From Treponema sp. (lineage in GTDB: Bacteria > Spirochaetota > Spirochaetia > Treponematales > Breznakiellaceae): a stretch of 34,725 nt of DNA. The DNA lies in NCBI GenBank assembly GCA_031275515.1, contig JAISOQ010000155.1, positions 1 through 34,725 on the forward strand, read 5' to 3'. Positions within the stretch are counted from its first letter, which is position 1. Each line of letters begins with the position of its first letter. Below the pieces are notes generated by a model. It had not been told where the DNA came from and searched no databases. It was given only the letters and a program-made list of their open reading frames with translations. Both the position numbers and the translations under genes were made by a program. This document shows, piece after piece, positions 25,950-34,344 of the stretch.

Positions 25950-27526
25950 TGATAAGCGAAAAAAAGAACGAGTTGAATTTGGATCGTCTGACTCCCCGGG
26001 AGATCGTTTTGGAGCTGGATAAGTACATCGTTGGACAAAAGAAAGCAAAACGGGCAGTGGCCGTAGCCCTGCGGAACAGGATACGCAGACTGAAGCTCGA
26101 TCCGGAACTCAGGGAAGACATAGCCCCCAAGAACATCCTCATGATAGGGCCCACGGGGGTCGGCAAGACCGAGATAGCCCGGCGGCTTGCGAAACTGGCG
26201 GGTTCTCCCTTCATCAAAGTGGAGGCCACGAAGTACACCGAAGTCGGCTATGTGGGCCGGGATGTGGAATCCATGATCCGGGATCTCATGGCGGCGGGCG
26301 TTCAAATGGTAAAACAGGAGATGCAGGAATCCGTCACCGTGGAAGCCAGGAAGCGGGCTGAGGAAGCCCTGCTCGATCTGCTGCTTCCGGGAACGGGGAA
26401 AAAACCTAAGGGAGAAGGTAAACAGGGCGCCGCGCCTATGGTACGGCCTATGGGAATCTACTCCATTAACCCGGGTAATGACGGGGGGCCCGGCCCTGCC
26501 CTCATGGGGGCGGCCATACAGGTGGGTATCCCGGTCAGGCGGAACAAGGGTGAAGACGCCGAGGAAGCTGCGGGGACTGCGGATAATTTTGCCCGGGAAG
26601 CGGAAGCCGAAGAAGCGGCTAACGACAGGAAAGAGGGTAAGGACGACAATCCCCTGAGGGGAAAATTCAGGGTTCTGCTGCAGGAAGGGAAACTTGAAGA
26701 CCGTATGGTGGAAATCACCGTAAGCCAGACCCCTCAGTTTCCCTCTATTGAGATGATGGGCGGCGGCCTGGAAGAGCTGGAATCGAGCCTTTCCGGGATA
26801 GCCGGGTTCTTTGGGGGCAACAAGAAAAAGAAGCTCGTTTCCGTGAGCCGCGCCCGGGAAATCCTCATCGCCGAGGAGACGGAAAAGCTCATAGACCGGG
26901 ACCGGGTGAGCGATGAGGCCCGGCAGCGGGTGGAAGAGACGGGTATAGTCTTCATCGACGAGATAGACAAGATAGCGGTCAAGGGCGACCGGGGCGGCGG
27001 TCCCGATGTGTCCCGGGAAGGGGTGCAGCGGGATATACTCCCCATCGTGGAGGGGGCTACCGTCACCACCAAGTGGGGGCCGGTTAATACGGACCATATC
27101 CTCTTTATCGCCGCCGGGGCTTTCAATGTGAGCAAACCTTCGGACTTGATCCCCGAACTCCAGGGCCGTTTCCCCCTGCGGGTGGAACTGGAATCCCTGG
27201 GCAAAGAGGAATTCCTCAGGATACTCACGGAGCCCAAAAATGCTCTTACCAAACAGTACATCGGGCTTTTAGCCACCGAGGAAGTGGAAATTGAGTTTAC
27301 GCCGGACGCGATAGAACGTCTGGCGACTCTGGCTGCGGAGGTGAATTCCAAACTTGAGAACATAGGCGCCCGCAGGCTGCATACCATCATGGAAGCCCTG
27401 CTGGAGAACCTCTCCTTTGAGGCGCCGGACATAAGCCCGGTCAAAATTCCCATTACCGAGGCCTATGTCAACGACCGGCTCACCGATTTGGTGACCGATC
27501 AGGATTTGGGGAGGTATATTTTATGA
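25949..27526 (+). CDS. hslU: ATP-dependent protease ATPase subunit HslU (ClpY)
   Basis: Recognised from [31 protein letters not shown], Walker [16 protein letters not shown], Walker [12 protein letters not shown], and [10 protein letters not shown]. It has a TAATG overlap with hslV, and GGAGG lies 8 nt upstream. Confidence 0.95.
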   Translation: MISEKKNELNLDRLTPREIVLELDKYIVGQKKAKRAVAVALRNRIRRLKLDPELREDIAPKNILMIGPTGVGKTEIARRLAKLAGSPFIKVEATKYTEVGYVGRDVESMIRDLMAAGVQMVKQEMQESVTVEARKRAEEALLDLLLPGTGKKPKGEGKQGAAPMVRPMGIYSINPGNDGGPGPALMGAAIQVGIPVRRNKGEDAEEAAGTADNFAREAEAEEAANDRKEGKDDNPLRGKFRVLLQEGKLEDRMVEITVSQTPQFPSIEMMGGGLEELESSLSGIAGFFGGNKKKKLVSVSRAREILIAEETEKLIDRDRVSDEARQRVEETGIVFIDEIDKIAVKGDRGGGPDVSREGVQRDILPIVEGATVTTKWGPVNTDHILFIAAGAFNVSKPSDLIPELQGRFPLRVELESLGKEEFLRILTEPKNALTKQYIGLLATEEVEIEFTPDAIERLATLAAEVNSKLENIGARRLHTIMEALLENLSFEAPDISPVKIPITEAYVNDRLTDLVTDQDLGRYIL

Positions 27527-27547
27527 CAATTATCGAGGACGTTCCCT

Positions 27548-27574
27548 TAATTTACGATTTAAATATACCGATAC
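27548..27574 (+). promoter_or_regulatory. Candidate sigma-28 (FliA/SigD)-type promoter upstream of flgB
   Basis: TAAT (27548-27551), 15 nt, then ACCGATAC (27567-27574), compared with the consensus TAAA-N15-GCCGATAA. The CCGATA core is exact. No convincing sigma-70 hexamer pair was found in the same 128-nt gap. Confidence 0.3.
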
Positions 27575-27591
27575 TCAAAAAGAATCCAAGT

Positions 27592-27619
27592 CTGTTTCAA
27601 ATCTAACATTTTGAAACAG
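27592..27619. promoter_or_regulatory. Perfect 10-bp inverted repeat (hairpin or palindromic operator) between hslU and flgB
   Basis: CTGTTTCAAA (27592-27601), an 8-nt loop TCTAACAT, then TTTGAAACAG (27610-27619). No T-run follows (CTTCATATATG), so it is not a classical intrinsic terminator. Confidence 0.5.
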
Positions 27620-27654
27620 CTTCATATATGAATTAAAAGAGAGGCGGGAACCGA

Positions 27655-28071
27655 ATGGGTGTGAATACCTTTGCCAAAACCGTTGACTTGCTGCACCGGG
27701 CCATGGATGCGAGCCTTATCAGGCGGAGCGTCATCGCCAATAACCTGGCGAATGCGCAAGTGCCTAATTTCAAACGGTCGGAAGTAAATTTTGAGAGCGA
27801 GTTGAAGAGAGCCCTGGATACGGAAAAACAGAGGCCGCCCCTGGAATTGAAACTGACCGATTCCCGGCACATCCCCAACTGGAGGGAACGGGATTACCGG
27901 GATGTAGAACCCCGGCGGGTGTTGGATTATATTAGTACCTCCCGGAACAATGGGAACAATGTTGACGCGGAACAGGAAGTCATGCTGGCATTGGAAAATC
28001 AGATGATGTATAGCCTCATGGCCCAGAGCCAGGCTTTTGAGTTCGCCCAGGTAGAATTAGCGTTGAGATAG
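27655..28071 (+). CDS. flgB: Flagellar basal-body rod protein FlgB
   Basis: The N-terminal rod motif is IRRSVIANNLANAQVPNFKR. The gene is first in the conserved flgB-flgC-fliE-fliF order. Confidence 0.9.
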   Translation: MGVNTFAKTVDLLHRAMDASLIRRSVIANNLANAQVPNFKRSEVNFESELKRALDTEKQRPPLELKLTDSRHIPNWRERDYRDVEPRRVLDYISTSRNNGNNVDAEQEVMLALENQMMYSLMAQSQAFEFAQVELALR

Positions 28072-28080
28072 GAGTAAAAT

Positions 28081-28542
28081 ATGGGGCTTTTCAGTTCGAT
28101 TAACATAGCGGCTTCCGGAATGAGCGCCGAGCGGTTTCGCACGGACGTGATCGCCGACAACATGGCCAACGCTTCTACCACCCGTACCGCCGAGGGCGGT
28201 CCCTTTCGGAGGAGCCGGGTGGTTCTGCGGCCCAGGGTGGAAGAACCCTACTGGCGTTCTCCCTTTCTGCCCAAAATGCTGGACAACGGAGTTGGCAAGG
28301 GCGTACAGGTCGCGGAAGTGCAGAAAGACTATACGGCGGAACTCCGGCTGGTGTACGATCCCACTCATCCGGACGCCATCAGGACCGGCCCCAGGGCGGG
28401 GTATGTGGAGATGCCCAACGTGGACATCGTGACCGAAATGGTGGACATGATCGCCGCGTCCAGGGCGTATGAAGCCAATGCGTCCATCATAGACGGCTCC
28501 AAGGCCATGTTCCTCAAGGCCCTGGAAATAGGCGGGAGGTAG
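28081..28542 (+). CDS. flgC: Flagellar basal-body rod protein FlgC
   Basis: Recognised from INIAASGMSAERFRTDVIADNMANASTTRT and the C-terminal VDMIAASRAYEANASII. GGAG lies 6 nt upstream of the ATG. Confidence 0.93.
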   Translation: MGLFSSINIAASGMSAERFRTDVIADNMANASTTRTAEGGPFRRSRVVLRPRVEEPYWRSPFLPKMLDNGVGKGVQVAEVQKDYTAELRLVYDPTHPDAIRTGPRAGYVEMPNVDIVTEMVDMIAASRAYEANASIIDGSKAMFLKALEIGGR

Positions 28543-28548
28543 TAACAA

Positions 28549-28947
28549 ATGACGGTTTACCGGCCTGAACTGGTACAGGGTGATCTGGTTCCCATGAAAA
28601 TCACCCATCCGAAACATTTGGTCCCAAAAGACGGGCCCTATACTGTTGGGGGCGACTTTGCCCGGGGCAGGGGAGGGGCGGTTTCGGAACTGGGAAACAA
28701 GATCGGCGCCGAATCGGTACTCCGTTCCGGCAAATTCGAAGATGTCATGCTTAGGGCATTGGATACAGTCAGCGCGGAAACACAGTTCGCCGACAACCTT
28801 ATTCAGCAGGCTATTGTCGATCCTGAATCCGTCGACAGCCATGATATTACTATAGCTCAGGCTAAGGCAAGTATGTCCTTCAATATCACGAGGACCGTAT
28901 TGAACCGTATAGTCCAGGGATGGAGAGATATAATAAATACACGGTAA
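28549..28947 (+). CDS. fliE: Flagellar hook-basal body complex protein FliE
   Basis: The C-terminal FliE pattern is SHDITIAQAKASMSFNITRTVLNRIVQGWRDIIN, and the gene sits between flgC and fliF. At 132 aa it is somewhat longer than typical FliE. Confidence 0.8.
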   Translation: MTVYRPELVQGDLVPMKITHPKHLVPKDGPYTVGGDFARGRGGAVSELGNKIGAESVLRSGKFEDVMLRALDTVSAETQFADNLIQQAIVDPESVDSHDITIAQAKASMSFNITRTVLNRIVQGWRDIINTR

Positions 28948-29141
28948 TGGGCTTGTTCGGCAGTCCGGTTGATTGTCCCGCAGGTCCGGTAATTTTTCGC
29001 CATTGGTTGGCAGAATGGCGGTATTTTCAGTGGAATTTGTATGGAAACCGGGGTTTCCGAACAACGCTAATTAATGACTGGCGCGGAAATTATCTTTACT
29101 CGTTGCCGGTTTTTCACGTTCTTCTGGGGAGGGGAATATGA
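28947..29141 (+). CDS. Speculative 64-codon ORF exactly bridging fliE and fliF (possibly non-coding)
   Basis: ATG at 28947 overlaps the fliE TAA (TAATG), and TGA at 29139-29141 overlaps the fliF ATG (ATGA). The product is MGLFGSPVDCPAGPVIFRHWLAEWRYFQWNLYGNRGFRTTLINDWRGNYLYSLPVFHVLLGRGI. Against coding: there is no nearby SD, third-position GC looks lower than in neighbouring genes, the product is unusually rich in Trp and aromatics, and hairpins lie within it. Confidence 0.2.
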   Translation: MGLFGSPVDCPAGPVIFRHWLAEWRYFQWNLYGNRGFRTTLINDWRGNYLYSLPVFHVLLGRGI

Positions 29142-30847
29142 ACGAATTTTTAAAAAGACTGTTCGGACAAATCACGGGCCTCTGGGGGAAGTGGTCTATA
29201 GTCCAGAAGATCGTCCTCTTTGCTGTCGTAGTCATCGCCATAGGCGGCATCGCTTCTTTGGTGGCTGTTTCCTCAGCGCCAAGTATGGCGCCGGTCATCG
29301 ATGCGCCTGTTCGGGACGAGGCGGCCCGGGATCGTATCATTACCCGGATTAACCAGGAGGGCGTCAGGACTTCGATATCCCCGGCGGGGATCATCATGGT
29401 AAACGATGAAAATACCGCCCGGCGTATGCGGGCCATCCTGATCCGGGAAGATATGATTCCTTCGGGAACCGATCCCTGGGAAATATTTGACCGGGACCGG
29501 TGGACCATCACCGACTTTGAACGGAAAGTGAATGTACGCAGGGCCATTACCAGGATGGTGACGGACCACATCAAGGCCCTGGACGATGTGGACGATGCCA
29601 GCGTTATCATAAATAGTCCCGAAAAGACGCTGTTCCTTTCGGATCAGGAGCCGGTAAGCGCCAGTGTGATTCTTACTCCAAAGCCGGGCAGCGACATTAC
29701 CCAAAACCGGAAGAAGATTGAAGGTATCCAGAAGATCCTCAAATTCGCGGTGGAGGGCCTGACGGACGACAATATCGGCATCACCGATCAGAACGGGCTG
29801 GTGTTAAACGATTTCAAGGGCCTTACCGACTGGGATCGCCTCAGCCGCATCGAGCGGGAAGCCCAGATTGTACGGGACCTGGAAACTCAGTACCGGAAAG
29901 ACATCCTGAAATCCCTACAGAAGATTTTTACCGCCGACCGGGTGCGGGATCTCAATATCAAGATCGATATGGATATGTCCAAGAAGGCGGTGGATACGGA
30001 AGAATATTTCCCCATCACCCTGAAGGAACGGACCCCGGGACTTGCCTACGACGATTCTCAATTTGCCGAATCCGTTACTATTTCCCAGTCTACTTCCAAT
30101 ACCGCCTGGAAGGGGACGGGCTTTAACCCCGAAGGTCCTCCGGGGGTGGAAGGGCAGACCACTCCGGCCTTTAGGGATATGTCCAATCTCTACGGCGAGG
30201 TGACCCAGACTACCAACACCCACAACGAAGCGATCAACAACCGCAAAATTCAGGAGGACAAAAGTCCTACGATAGACCGGGTGACCGTGTCGGTGAATAT
30301 AGACGGCAACTGGAAATGGAAGTACGATGAGGCCACGAAGAAGCCTCTGCTTCAACCTGACGGGTCCATAGAAAGGGAATATACCCCCGTACCGCCGGAA
30401 GACCTTGCCGCTGCCCAGGCGCTGATCCGGGATGCCATTGGTTTCAGCGCTGGCCGGGGGGATTCGGTGACAGTGCAGAACATACGGTTTGACCGGACCC
30501 AGGAATTCGGCGAAGAAGACGCCGCCTATTTCCGGCAGCAGCAAATGCAGCAAACCGTATTGATCTTCCTCCTCGGGATAGCGGTATTGTTGGCAGGTTT
30601 TGTGGTATTCCGTCTGATTTCCCGGGAAATAGAAAGGCGGCGGCGGCTTAGGGAAGAAGAACTTTCCCGGCAGCAGGAGGCCATGCGCGCAAGCGCCCTT
30701 TTGGAAGCGGAGAATGAAGGAGTGGAAGTTTCTATGTCGGTGGAAGAAAGGCGGCGGATGGAACTTCAGGAGAATGCCATCAATATGGCGAAAGAACATC
30801 CTGAAGATGTGGCTCAACTTATCAGAACGTGGCTGATGGAGGAATAG
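29138..30847 (+). CDS. fliF: Flagellar M-ring protein FliF
   Basis: The 569-aa protein has an N-terminal TM (IVLFAVVVIAIGGIASLV), a periplasmic ring-building region, a second TM (VLIFLLGIAVLLAGFVVF) and a C-terminal FliG-binding tail (EDVAQLIRTWLMEE). A strong SD, GGGGAGGGG, lies 3 nt upstream. Confidence 0.92.
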   Translation: MNEFLKRLFGQITGLWGKWSIVQKIVLFAVVVIAIGGIASLVAVSSAPSMAPVIDAPVRDEAARDRIITRINQEGVRTSISPAGIIMVNDENTARRMRAILIREDMIPSGTDPWEIFDRDRWTITDFERKVNVRRAITRMVTDHIKALDDVDDASVIINSPEKTLFLSDQEPVSASVILTPKPGSDITQNRKKIEGIQKILKFAVEGLTDDNIGITDQNGLVLNDFKGLTDWDRLSRIEREAQIVRDLETQYRKDILKSLQKIFTADRVRDLNIKIDMDMSKKAVDTEEYFPITLKERTPGLAYDDSQFAESVTISQSTSNTAWKGTGFNPEGPPGVEGQTTPAFRDMSNLYGEVTQTTNTHNEAINNRKIQEDKSPTIDRVTVSVNIDGNWKWKYDEATKKPLLQPDGSIEREYTPVPPEDLAAAQALIRDAIGFSAGRGDSVTVQNIRFDRTQEFGEEDAAYFRQQQMQQTVLIFLLGIAVLLAGFVVFRLISREIERRRRLREEELSRQQEAMRASALLEAENEGVEVSMSVEERRRMELQENAINMAKEHPEDVAQLIRTWLMEE

Positions 30848-30850
30848 AAG

Positions 30851-31912
30851 ATGGCCCAGGCAAGCGCTGCTTCCCCGGCTTCGGGAGCTCCTCCATCCAG
30901 GAAGAAAGGCGCGAAGGAATTAACAGGCCGGCAGAAGGCCGCAATCTTTCTTGTGAGCGTCGGTTCGGATATTTCTTCGGAGATATTCAAGTACCTCAGG
31001 GAAGACGAGATAGAAACCCTTACTTTTGAAATCGCCCGGCTTGAGACTGTGGAACCAGAGCAGAAAGAGACGATACTCCAGGAGTTCCAGGAACTCATGA
31101 TGGCCAACCAGTTCATCACTATGGGCGGTATCGACTATGCCCGGGAACTCCTGGAAAAAGCCATGGGAAGCCAGAAGGCTATAGACGTCATCAACCGGCT
31201 TACCTCAAGCCTCCAGGTGCGGCCTTTTGACTTCATACGCCGTACTGATCCCGCTCATCTTCTCAACTTTATTCAGCAGGAACATCCCCAGACCATAGCC
31301 CTTATTCTTGCGTACCTTGAGCCGAACAAGGCTTCTATCATCCTGCAAAACCTCCCCCATGAAGTTCAGAGCGATGTGGCCCGGCGTATTGCCACCATGG
31401 ACCGCACGAGTCCCGAGGTTCTCCGGGAAGTGGAACGGGTTCTGGAAAAGAAGCTGTCTACCCTGTCCAGCGAAGATTACACTGCCGCCGGCGGCGTGGG
31501 GAGCATCGTGGAAATTCTCAACCTGGTAGACCGGGCGTCGGAGAAGCAGATCATTGAGGCCTTGGAAGACGAGGATCCGGAACTGGCGGAGGAGATCAAG
31601 AAACGCATGTTCGTCTTTGAAGACATCGTGCTTTTGGGCGACCGGGATATTCAGAAGGTCATGCGGGAAGTGGATTCCCAGGAGTTGGCCAAGGCCCTCA
31701 AATCTGTGGATACGGAAGTACAGGATAAGATCTTCAAGAACATGAGTAAGCGCGCTGCGGGTATGCTCAAAGAAGATATGGAATATATGGGACCTGTTCG
31801 GCTTAAAGATGTGGAAGAAGCCCAGCAGAAGATTGTTGCCATTATCCGTCATTTGGAAGATAGTGGCGAAGTTGTTATCGCCCGTTCCGGCGAGGACGAG
31901 ATGGTTGTTTAA
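30851..31912 (+). CDS. fliG: Flagellar motor switch protein FliG
   Basis: Recognised from LTGRQKAAIFLVSVG, EHPQTIALILAYL, MFVFEDI, and the C-terminal torque helix region KALK..D.....KIFKNMSKRAA.ML.ED. Confidence 0.93.
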   Translation: MAQASAASPASGAPPSRKKGAKELTGRQKAAIFLVSVGSDISSEIFKYLREDEIETLTFEIARLETVEPEQKETILQEFQELMMANQFITMGGIDYARELLEKAMGSQKAIDVINRLTSSLQVRPFDFIRRTDPAHLLNFIQQEHPQTIALILAYLEPNKASIILQNLPHEVQSDVARRIATMDRTSPEVLREVERVLEKKLSTLSSEDYTAAGGVGSIVEILNLVDRASEKQIIEALEDEDPELAEEIKKRMFVFEDIVLLGDRDIQKVMREVDSQELAKALKSVDTEVQDKIFKNMSKRAAGMLKEDMEYMGPVRLKDVEEAQQKIVAIIRHLEDSGEVVIARSGEDEMVV

Positions 31913-31924
31913 GGTATATATTAC

Positions 31925-32881
31925 ATGGCGAAAGCGGTATTTAGGCCTGGCGAAGTCATTATCACCGATTCTACGTTTTTTCTGGAGCTTCCCAGTGCAG
32001 TTCCAGAGTCGGAACATCCGGCCTTTGGGGAGGAACCGGATGCAGAGGCAGTGGAAGAATACTTAGGTCCTACGGCGGAAGAACTGAGGCAGGAAGCGGA
32101 GGAATTTAAGGTTCAGTGGGAAGCCGAAAGGGAGGCCATGATCCGCGCCGCCCGGACGGAAGCGGAAGCTGTCGTAAAAAAGGCGGAGGCAAGAGCCAGA
32201 GAGGACCTTGAAAGGGGAAGGCGCGAGGCTGAAGAGATCAAACAAGCGGCGGAAGTGGAAGCGGAACGTATCATCGCCGAGGCGAAGCAAAAGGCGGAGG
32301 AGATTTCCTTGTCCGCTCAGACTGCCTTTGAGGAAGAGCGGAAGCAGGCCGAGGCAGAAGGCCGGGAAGCTGGCCGGGAGGCTGGTTTTGCCGAAGGCCA
32401 GGCGGAAGTCCAGCGGCTCCTGGAGCGGACCCATACGGTTCTGGAGCGGGCTCAGAACAAGCGCTCTGAAATTCTTGAGGAAACGGAGCAGCAGGTAATA
32501 GACTTAGTGCTTCTCATAGCCCGGAAGGTAATCAAGGTCGTCTCCGAAACTCAGCGGACGGTGGTTGTTTCCAATGTTGTTCAGGCCCTCAAGAAGCTCA
32601 AGTCCCGGGGGAATATCCTTATACGGGTGAATCTGGTTGATCTTAAACTCACCACAGAGCATATTAAAGACTTTATCAAAATGGCGGAAGGCGCCAACGA
32701 TATACAGGTAGTGGAAGATTCCACTGTAGATCCCGGAGGCTGTGTCGTCGAAACCGATTTTGGCGAAGTAAACGCCCGGATTTCCAGCCAGCTTGCGGAA
32801 ATTGAAGACAAGATTCTCGCCATATCTCCTATCAAAGGCAGGGTGAAAAGCGCCTCCGCCTCCGGCATCGAAGGGACCTGA
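31925..32881 (+). CDS. fliH: Flagellar assembly protein FliH (export ATPase regulator)
   Basis: A Glu/Ala/Lys/Arg-rich coiled-coil centre is followed by a FliH/V-ATPase-E-like C-terminal domain (LVLLIARKVI...IRVN..D......GGCVVETDFGEVNARI). The gene lies between fliG and fliI. Confidence 0.85.
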   Translation: MAKAVFRPGEVIITDSTFFLELPSAVPESEHPAFGEEPDAEAVEEYLGPTAEELRQEAEEFKVQWEAEREAMIRAARTEAEAVVKKAEARAREDLERGRREAEEIKQAAEVEAERIIAEAKQKAEEISLSAQTAFEEERKQAEAEGREAGREAGFAEGQAEVQRLLERTHTVLERAQNKRSEILEETEQQVIDLVLLIARKVIKVVSETQRTVVVSNVVQALKKLKSRGNILIRVNLVDLKLTTEHIKDFIKMAEGANDIQVVEDSTVDPGGCVVETDFGEVNARISSQLAEIEDKILAISPIKGRVKSASASGIEGT

Positions 32882-32883
32882 CG

Positions 32884-34344
32884 ATGAGGCCGGTTTTGGA
32901 TGATATACAGATAGAGGGAAACTGGCCGGACCCGGCGGAGCTGGAGTTTAATATAACGGAAATGCTGTCGAAATACTTTGAAACGGCAGGAAAGATCGAT
33001 ACCGTCAAATGCGCCGGCCATATTACCAAGGCCCAGGGACTTCTCCTGGAAAGCAGGGGCCCCCAAGCCGTCATTGGCGAGATTTGCCGCATCGAGGCGC
33101 CCAAGGGCCGGGGGATCATCCATGCCGAAGTGGTGGGCCTCCGGGACGAGACTGTGCAGCTCATGGCCTACGAGGAGACCGAGGGCATAGAAGTGGGCTG
33201 CCGGGTGATCGCTTCCGGAAACCGGCTTGAAGTGCCGGTGTCGGACAAGCTCCTGGGGCGCATACTGGACTGCATGGGAAATCCCATCGATGGAAAGGGG
33301 GGAGTTGACGCGGTTCTCCGTTATCCTGCCCTGGCAAACCCGCCGGATCCCGCAACACGTCCGCCTATCCGCCGGCGTCTTGCTACCGGCGTCAGGTCTA
33401 TAGACGGTCTTCTCTCCGTAGGCCGGGGTCAGCGGGTGGGTATATTCGCCGGTTCCGGCGTGGGGAAAACCACCCTCCTGGGGATGATAGCCCGGAACAC
33501 CAACGCGGATGTTAACGTGGTCGCCCTGATAGGGGAACGGGGCCGGGAACTCAACGATTTCATTGCCAACGACTTAGGGCCCGAGGGTCTCGCCCGATCC
33601 GTGCTGGTGTCAACCCCTTCCAATTCGCCTCCTCTTGCGCGGCTGCGGGGCGCTTATGTCGCCACTGCCGTGGCCGAATACTTCCGGGATCAGGGGCTGG
33701 ATGTGATGCTTCTTTTTGATTCGGTGACCCGTTTCGCCCGTGCTCAACGGGAGATAGGGCTTGCCGCAGGGGAGCCTCCCGCCACACGGGGTTACACTCC
33801 CAGCGTCTTCGATTCCATGCCCAAACTTTTGGAACGGAGCGGTAACTCGGAAAAAGGGTCTATCACGGGTTTTTATACCGTACTTGTGGAAGGGGACGAT
33901 ATGGACGAGCCTATCGCCGATACGGTACGGGGTATCCTGGACGGCCACATCGTCCTGTCCCGCCGGCTTGCCAAGGCGTATCATTATCCGGCGGTGGATG
34001 TGCTGGAAAGCGTTTCCCGTCTTATGCACCATGTGTCCGGGCCGGTGACCAACAAGATCGCAGGGTACATACGCCGCCTTATGGCAGTCTATGCCGAGGC
34101 GGAAGATCTTATCAATGTGGGCGCTTACCATACGGGTACCAATCCTGCTATTGATGAGGCCGTCGCCAAGCGGAACGCGATAGAATCGCTGCTTGTTCAG
34201 GAAGTCGAAGAAAAATCTTCCCTGCCGGAAACTTTGGCTGTTATGGCGGGTATAGCGGGCATGGAAATTCCTCCCGAAGAAATCGGGATTTATGAGCGGG
34301 GTCTGGCCGGCGGCGCTGTTCCCGCAGAGGGTATCAGGGTATGA
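32884..34344 (+). CDS. fliI: Flagellum-specific ATP synthase FliI
   Basis: Walker A is GSGVGKTTLLGMIA, Walker B is VMLLFDSVTRFA, and GSITGFYTVLVEGDDMDEPIAD and LSRRLA...YPA.D matches the F1/FliI family. Confidence 0.95.
   Translation: MRPVLDDIQIEGNWPDPAELEFNITEMLSKYFETAGKIDTVKCAGHITKAQGLLLESRGPQAVIGEICRIEAPKGRGIIHAEVVGLRDETVQLMAYEETEGIEVGCRVIASGNRLEVPVSDKLLGRILDCMGNPIDGKGGVDAVLRYPALANPPDPATRPPIRRRLATGVRSIDGLLSVGRGQRVGIFAGSGVGKTTLLGMIARNTNADVNVVALIGERGRELNDFIANDLGPEGLARSVLVSTPSNSPPLARLRGAYVATAVAEYFRDQGLDVMLLFDSVTRFARAQREIGLAAGEPPATRGYTPSVFDSMPKLLERSGNSEKGSITGFYTVLVEGDDMDEPIADTVRGILDGHIVLSRRLAKAYHYPAVDVLESVSRLMHHVSGPVTNKIAGYIRRLMAVYAEAEDLINVGAYHTGTNPAIDEAVAKRNAIESLLVQEVEEKSSLPETLAVMAGIAGMEIPPEEIGIYERGLAGGAVPAEGIRV

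Noticed and set aside
25946-27097. A 383-aa minus-strand ORF antisense to hslU. Similar long antisense ORFs lie at 23173..24414 (topA), 28057..29064 (flgC/fliE), 29915..30817 (fliF), 31205..32017 (fliG), 21685..22287 (dprA/topA) and 328..1119 (pheT).
   Set aside because: All are embedded opposite strongly identified genes, lack SD and start context, and have low-complexity, unrecognisable translations. They are treated as non-coding shadow frames.
27610-27639. A sigma-70 promoter for flgB (TTGAAA-17-TAAAAG).
   Set aside because: The -10 lacks the invariant final T and the -35 lies inside the right arm of the inverted repeat, so it is too weak to call. The sigma-28-like motif is reported instead, with low confidence.
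29079-29094. A sigma-54-like element, TGGCGC-N5-TTAT, upstream of fliF.
   Set aside because: The -12 element lacks the essential GC (TTGC). Only the -24 GG half matches, which is judged a chance resemblance.
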